Positions 57,905 to 64,000 of a DNA stretch of 64,000 nt are shown piece by piece (position 1 is the stretch's first letter; every line of letters begins with the position of its first letter). The translations under genes and the position numbers were made by a program. The DNA is from Waddliaceae bacterium (GTDB lineage: Bacteria; Chlamydiota; Chlamydiia; Chlamydiales; Waddliaceae), in contig CAVRUH010000001.1 in assembly GCA_963724325.1 (NCBI GenBank), positions 352,001 through 416,000 on the forward strand, given 5' to 3'. The notes beneath the pieces were generated by a model. The model saw nothing but the letters and a program-made list of their open reading frames with translations, was not told where the DNA came from and did no database searches.

Positions 57905-60093
57905 CTAAAGATCCTGGGATTTCGGTGGCTCAATTGTTACATTACTGAAGGCAAGGAATGGGTGGTCTTTGGCGACAGTTTTGCTGTTAATTGTAACATT
58001 CCTAAAAATAAACAGGAACATTCCTGTCAAGTTTAACCCATAATTTATCATTCGGTTTACATTCTATATTCCATGAATCAATGACAAGTTCGCAACCTTT
58101 CGGGATTTGCGTCAGATATTCTAAATCTTGGTATCTAAGATTAAGCCCTATCTCTTTCCATACGATATGCACTGGGAAAGAGGAAGAAATATTTTTCATT
58201 GCATGTAAACCAGGTCCTATATCATGCTGATTAATTTTCCAAATTATACGCTTTAAATTAGGACATCCCTGCGCAAATAATTTAAGATGACTATTATCCT
58301 TATTTTCATCGTAGTAAATTTCATGAATGGAACGGTTAATTTGCGGATTTGACAATGCTTCAAGCATCTCACAAATACTTATATAAGATGTAAAACAGAC
58401 ACCGCCAATTAATGACGCTACAACTTTACTCCAAGGAGTTGGATTTTTTAATATTTCGATGAAGGTGTGAAGAGATGCATAATAATTTTCTTGATACTTT
58501 ATACACAAATAAGTTAAACCTGCAAGCTTATTAATCACATTCTGGCGCTCTTCGGGGTTAATGTCGGCAAAAAAACTTTGAAGTTGATTTGTATCAAAGC
58601 TGTTCATGTTCTTTTTTCGAATAATTTTCCCAGAATTTATCAATTTTTAATCTTATCATCACCTTGTTTATTTGAAGAATATCATCAGCATTAATGTTTT
58701 CCCTTACTTCATCTATAAGCCATCTTAGGCCGGCGGAAGAAACTGGACATTCTTTAAAGATATCAAAGGATGTAAATGAGGGGAACTTTTTGTAAAAAAG
58801 TAGATACGGAAGATTTACAATTTCATTATCAGAACTCAAAACAGCAGTTGTAGGCATTAACTCCGAAGTTTGTTTATAACCCAGAGATGTAATCCATTTA
58901 GTTATTTCTTGACGCATCCCTATTCCTGCGATAGCACAATGTTCTGCTTGTTCTAAAAACCACCTCAATATTTTAGGCTCCAATTTTGATGCAATGAGGC
59001 AGTCATTAGCAGAACCAAAGATATTAGAAAGGAGTCCGAAACCTCCCGATTCCACGCATGACTTAATATTAGGAAAGAAAAAGTTTAAAATTTCGTTGTT
59101 ATATTGCTTCTCAATCGTTTGTATGGGTTGTTCATTGTCGATTTGCATGGAGACAGGATCTGAGGTTATGTCATCCCAATTTATATCCTTTTTGGAAAGA
59201 GATAGCAATTTGGCAAAATGAAGTTTGTGTTCCATAGATTTTATGCGGCAACGATATAAAGCTACGCTTCGATCGGTCAACAGCATCCAGAAATTTTTCA
59301 TGTTTTCAGTAAAATTGACCTCTTGAAAAACAACTTCACGAATATTTTGAGGGCACGAATTATTTGTAATTTCATGATCATAATCACGAAGGCCCCCTTT
59401 AACTATTAACTGATGCATATTAGGAAAAACAGTTGTATAATTTTCTAGGCAATTGAAAATTTGTTTTGTGACAACAACGCTAGTTATTCGGTCCAAGACG
59501 CTCTTATCAAAGAACGTATTCAAAAGTAAAAGCGTCAATGAATCATTTTCTAAGATTACAGTGCGGCAATTTTGACGGAGAAATTCACCTCTTGGAGAAT
59601 TTTCTAGCATAAATGGAAGGCCGGTAATCTTTATAGCAAAGTCCGTTGAAAAAAATAATTCGGTTTCGCAAGGTAACAAAATTAAAAGAGCAGATTGTAA
59701 TATTTTAGAATCATTGTTCTCTATTGCATAATTACATAAATCGACTAGTTCAATTTGAGAAAGCTTTGTGCGTTCATCGCGGTAAAGGACTCCCTTTTGT
59801 ACATGGAGCGGATATTGTTTTAATTTTTCATAGATGCTTTCTTCCGGTAGACGAGAAAACATACTAATAATTTTTTGGGATTGATCCTGATTGATGAAAT
59901 CCACAACATTTTGTCGAAGTAGTCGCACGATGCGATGAGCCAATAATGGGTGTGGCGGAGTAATGTACCAGTCATTAGGTCTATTAAGGATCATCTGAAC
60001 GCACATTTCTAAGAGAGGTTTATTTTCAGGGGTAATCGTGTTTCCTAGTACATCTGTAATCTGATTTGCCAATTCTATGCTCATGCCTGACAT
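57905..60093 (-). pseudogene. Frameshifted paralog of 55302..57482
   Basis: Colinear and highly similar; +1 insertions in homopolymer runs near 58615 and 58006 split it into ORFs 58594..60144 and 58002..58643. Confidence 0.85.
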
Positions 60094-60218
60094 ATATCCT
60101 CCATTGTTTATGGAAATACTAGGATAAAGGCAAAATCTAGTCAATGTTAAATTTCTTGATATATATTGTATACTATGATATCCTTTAGAGAGGAATTAGA
60201 GCTATAAAGGATACCATA

Positions 60219-60521
60219 GTGACTATTATTTTTATGACGCCAGTAGAGGTTGCAGAACGCATCGCGAAGGCTTCAAAAGAAAGGCGATTGTCTATGAATC
60301 TAAGCCAAAAAAGTTTATCTGAACGCTCCGGCGTCAGTTTCGGTGTTTTGAAAAAATTTGAAAGAACAGGGAAAATCTCGCTTGAATCCTTATTAAAAAT
60401 AGCTCTTACCTTGGACTCATTAAATGATTTTACCAAATTATTTGCCGCAACACCTCCTGAAAACCTTCACTCAATTGAAGATATTATTTCAATAAAAAAC
60501 AGAAAACGAGGGCGAAAATAA
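60219..60521 (+). CDS. HipB-like HTH antitoxin
   Basis: LSQKSLSERSGVS..LKKFERTGKISL; ends RKRGRK; TAATG-coupled to hipA. Confidence 0.87.
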   Translation: MTIIFMTPVEVAERIAKASKERRLSMNLSQKSLSERSGVSFGVLKKFERTGKISLESLLKIALTLDSLNDFTKLFAATPPENLHSIEDIISIKNRKRGRK

Positions 60522-61765
60522 TGACGTATAAACAAGTTAATGTAATCAATGTCGAATATTGCCACGGCAGCGCTGTTATTCCCATGGGGAAATTAGCTTT
60601 TCAAAATCGAACCATATTTTTTGAATATGCCCCTAGTTTTATTGAACTTAATTTGGAACTTTCTCCATTTAAACTCCCATTAAAGCCGGGTGTTGCATCC
60701 TGCACAGATCGCGTTTTTGATGGACTTTTCGGTGTTTTTAATGATAGTTTGCCCGACGGCTGGGGGCGCCTTCTTTTAGATAGAAAATTGGCAAAATTAG
60801 GAATCAATCCTGATAGTTTAACGCCTCTTGATCGATTAAGGCATGTGGGGCGCAGGGGAATGGGCGCCCTGTTTTATGCGCCTGAAATTATCGATGTTTA
60901 CCCACATAAAACAGAGGATGACCTCGACCTAATAGCTGATGAGTGCATACAATTTCAGGATGAGGATGACGAACACTTTATTGACGATTTGCTACTGATG
61001 AATGGGTCCTCGGCAGGGGCACGCCCGAAAATGCTAATTACTCTAAGAAAAGATAATATAAATTTTGATCTCACAGATAATAGTCAATCTCATGATCATG
61101 ATGATTGGATAATTAAATTTAGATCTTCAATTGACCCGAAAGATAACGGTCCAATCGAATATGCTTATCATCTCATGGCAATTGATGCCGGGCTGAATGT
61201 ACCTGAGGCGAGGCTCTTCAATTCAAAAAAATGTATTGGATATTATGGTGTGAAGCGCTTTGACCGCGAGCGCTCAAAGTTTATTCATATGCATTCTTTA
61301 AGTGGATTGCTACACGCAGATCATAGGGTTCCCAGCCTTGATTATGGAACCATAATGAAGGCTACGGCATGGCTTACTAAAGATGTGCGAGAATGTGAAA
61401 AAATGTTTCGAAACGCAGTCTTTAATGTGTTTTCGCACAATAGAGATGATCATGCCAAAAATTTTTCTTTTCTAATGGATGAGAATGGTGTATGGCGTGT
61501 ATCACCAGCATTTGATCTTATTTTTTCGTCAGGCCCTGCGGGTGAACATTGTACGATGGTAATGGGAGAAGGGAAAAATCCTGGGATATCTCATCTATTA
61601 AAATTAGCTGAAGCGGCACTGATCAATCAACCAAGAGCTTTAGAAATAATCGATCAGGTTAAAAATTCAGTATCAAAGTGGAAGGATTTTGCAGAAACAG
61701 CCAGGGTAACGAAGCAATCATGCACTCGCATCCAAACTTCGTTAAACATTAGACTGGGAGGATAG
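60521..61765 (+). CDS. hipA: HipA-family serine/threonine kinase toxin
   Basis: DSLPDGWG, SAGARPK, KRFDR, NRDDHAKNFS, SPAFD. Confidence 0.93.
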   Translation: MTYKQVNVINVEYCHGSAVIPMGKLAFQNRTIFFEYAPSFIELNLELSPFKLPLKPGVASCTDRVFDGLFGVFNDSLPDGWGRLLLDRKLAKLGINPDSLTPLDRLRHVGRRGMGALFYAPEIIDVYPHKTEDDLDLIADECIQFQDEDDEHFIDDLLLMNGSSAGARPKMLITLRKDNINFDLTDNSQSHDHDDWIIKFRSSIDPKDNGPIEYAYHLMAIDAGLNVPEARLFNSKKCIGYYGVKRFDRERSKFIHMHSLSGLLHADHRVPSLDYGTIMKATAWLTKDVRECEKMFRNAVFNVFSHNRDDHAKNFSFLMDENGVWRVSPAFDLIFSSGPAGEHCTMVMGEGKNPGISHLLKLAEAALINQPRALEIIDQVKNSVSKWKDFAETARVTKQSCTRIQTSLNIRLGG

Positions 61766-61766
61766 C

Positions 61767-62681
61767 ATGAAATTTATAAGTATAGGCGTAGCATTTATTA
61801 CTCACAATTCGGTTAGGCATTTAAAGCATTGCTTGCCGCCTATTGTGAACTCGCCTCTTAGGCCAAGGGTGGTTGTGGTCAATTCCTCCGGTGATGCAGA
61901 AACGGAAATGGAGGCAAAAAAATATGGCGCTGAAATATTGCAAATTCCAAAAATTGAATTCAATCATGGGATGACTCGAGAAAAGGCTCGCAAATACCTC
62001 AATACCGATATCGTCGTCATGATGACTCCTGATGCCTATGCAATAGATGAATTGATGCTAGAAAAATTGGTGAGGCCTATCGTAAAAAAAGAGGCAAGTC
62101 TTGCATATGCACGACAAATTCCTCACGAAGGAGCAAACTTTTTTGAATCATTCTCGCGGAATTTTAATTATCCTGAGAAAAGCCATGTTCGAACCATTCA
62201 AGATGTCGAAAAATATGGCATCTATACCTATTTTGTTTCGGATTCATGTGCGGCCTATAATCAAAACGCTTTAGACGAGATTGGAGGATTCCAACATGTC
62301 CTCCTTGGAGAAGACACCGTCGCATGCGCCAAACTGCTCCATAAAGGGCACAAAGCTGCCTATGCTGCGGATGCCATCGTGCAACATTCACATCGCTATT
62401 CATTAATGCAGGAGTTTCGCCGCAATTTCGATACAGGACTAGCTCGTCAAGAATATAGGGAGATTTTATCAGGAGCCGGCACAGATTATAAGCGAGGCAG
62501 AGCCTATGTAATGGAAATGCTTAAAACACTTGCGAAAGAAAAACCCACCCTCATTCCTTACGGAATTACCCAAAGCGTGCTGAAAGCTCTAGGATATAAG
62601 ATAGGATCCATGAGTTCAGGTGCTCCGTTATTCATCAAAAAAGCCCTATCGAGTCAAGGTTTTTATTGGGATTCACTTTAA
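61767..62681 (+). CDS. Glycosyltransferase family 2 (rhamnosyltransferase-like)
   Basis: FNHGMTRE, YARQIP, LGED, VQHSH. Confidence 0.87.
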   Translation: MKFISIGVAFITHNSVRHLKHCLPPIVNSPLRPRVVVVNSSGDAETEMEAKKYGAEILQIPKIEFNHGMTREKARKYLNTDIVVMMTPDAYAIDELMLEKLVRPIVKKEASLAYARQIPHEGANFFESFSRNFNYPEKSHVRTIQDVEKYGIYTYFVSDSCAAYNQNALDEIGGFQHVLLGEDTVACAKLLHKGHKAAYAADAIVQHSHRYSLMQEFRRNFDTGLARQEYREILSGAGTDYKRGRAYVMEMLKTLAKEKPTLIPYGITQSVLKALGYKIGSMSSGAPLFIKKALSSQGFYWDSL

Positions 62682-62709
62682 ATATGAATTGTTGTACTAT
62701 CCTGGAATT

Positions 62710-63768
62710 ATGAAAAACTTTATATGCGCAATTCTATTACTGCTACTTGCAACTGCATGCACAAAACCGTGCTGCGACTATAACGTCGTCGGCGCTGATG
62801 AATTTGTTATTGATTCGTATCAAATTAAACAAGGAAAACTAGCCATCCTTGAAATGATGGGAGAAGACACTGGGGTATTACCTGAAGATGCCATGGAGGA
62901 ATATCAAGATGTCATTTCAGAGGGGGATATTCTTAATATTGCACTTTATAATCCCTCTAGAAATGATCTGAGAGAGGCATTCGACTACATTGACCATGCC
63001 ATGGGCGGATTCATTGTCAAAGATGGCAGCGTAAATTTGCCAAATCTACCATCGATTTCAATTGTTGGCATGACGCTGGATGCTGCTAAGGATAAACTGA
63101 ATAATGAGATCAAACTTCACTATTACGATACTGAAATTTTCATTAAATACAAAGATAGAACTCGTCAGAGAGTTGAGTTGGCTGGCCAGGTCACCTTAAA
63201 TTCGGTTCCTGTTGACGGAAAAATGAGGCTTTATGAAGTATTATCCATTGCAAAATACAATCCCCAAGCTAATTTATTTATGAGTTATGTTCTGCGCGAT
63301 GGCAGACCCCTTGCTGTTGATATTTACAGACTGGTGAATCTTGGAGATATGGATCAGAATATAGTGATGAAGGGTGGAGACAGGATATACATTGCTAATG
63401 CACATGACGCCACTGTCGTCGTTATAGGAGAAGTTGGGAATCCGCAGTCGATTAATGTCCCTTATGGCTTCACCACCCTTCCAGAAGCTTTAGTAGCAGC
63501 CGGGGGCATTCCTTTTACAGGTAACAAAAACTGCATTCAAGTTGTTCGGGGAGATTTGTCAAATCCAAAAATATATGTCCTTTCTTGGGAGCATGTGATC
63601 AATCTTCCCAATAGCAGCATGTTATTGATGCCTGGAGATACAGTGTACGTTACAGAAACACCGATTACGAAGTGGAATCGATTTATCAGTCAGCTTTTCC
63701 CGACAGCTACGGCTTTGAATATTGGACAAAGTACCTATCGAACCTTTAATCCTGTGAGTGTTGATTGA
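62710..63768 (+). CDS. wza: Polysaccharide export outer-membrane lipoprotein
   Basis: Lipobox ATAC at ATG 62710; Poly_export DGSVNLP, SLBB repeats, WNRFISQLFP C-terminal helix. Confidence 0.88.
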   Translation: MKNFICAILLLLLATACTKPCCDYNVVGADEFVIDSYQIKQGKLAILEMMGEDTGVLPEDAMEEYQDVISEGDILNIALYNPSRNDLREAFDYIDHAMGGFIVKDGSVNLPNLPSISIVGMTLDAAKDKLNNEIKLHYYDTEIFIKYKDRTRQRVELAGQVTLNSVPVDGKMRLYEVLSIAKYNPQANLFMSYVLRDGRPLAVDIYRLVNLGDMDQNIVMKGGDRIYIANAHDATVVVIGEVGNPQSINVPYGFTTLPEALVAAGGIPFTGNKNCIQVVRGDLSNPKIYVLSWEHVINLPNSSMLLMPGDTVYVTETPITKWNRFISQLFPTATALNIGQSTYRTFNPVSVD

Positions 63769-64000
63769 AAGAAGAATTCACCATAACTCTTGCTGATCTT
63801 TTTCGGGCATGCGTAAATGCCAAGAAAAAAATCATCTTGGGTGCGATTGGTTTTTCTTGCCTGACCCTTCTATATCTTCTTCAGAAGCCAGTTGAGTACC
63901 AGGTTGAGGGGTCTTTTCTCGAAAAGACAAATCTTGATTCGGGGCTTTCTACATCATCCGTTGCTGCAATGATATTCTCTGGAGCAAAAGATAGCAAAGA
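63765..64000 (+). CDS. Wzc/Wzz-type polysaccharide co-polymerase, N-terminal part (runs off the window)
   Basis: TTG overlapping the wza stop; ITLADLFR..KKKIILG + TM + PVEYQVEG. Confidence 0.7.
   Translation, partial: MKEEFTITLADLFRACVNAKKKIILGAIGFSCLTLLYLLQKPVEYQVEGSFLEKTNLDSGLSTSSVAAMIFSGAKDSK

Overview
Chromosomal segment of an environmental chlamydia (phylum Chlamydiota, non-Chlamydiaceae; inferred from thrS-parA-pGP6-D, dsbD-tolQRAB-pal-LysM, the long chlamydial GreA and a CT623-like beta-barrel). Housekeeping blocks (ung, tatAC, thrS, murI, tol-pal, dsbD, fadE/fadA/fadJ, sua5, sufBCDS, greA, rdgB, aspC/tyrB, mreC, wza/wzc, two tRNAs) are interspersed with lineage-specific effector-like genes. 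The most striking feature is a tandem array of four genes plus a fifth remnant at 30.8-38.1 kb encoding what read as genuine eukaryotic-type HECT E3 ubiquitin ligases: DxGGxxRE N-lobe motif, TGS motif, HTC catalytic Cys and the -4 Phe. Each sits behind a shared N-terminal hydrophobic module, and one carries a UIM-like motif. The window also has two tandem proteins with an SH2-like C-terminus, an F-box protein, a duplicated BTB/LRR-like gene, a SET protein and a large protein with papain-like motifs. Non-coding features include dispersed palindromic repeats, a nested MITE structure with an 11-bp target duplication, and palindromic operators upstream of two AAA/DUF4143 ATPases. All domain calls are by-eye motif recognition; no database searches were run.
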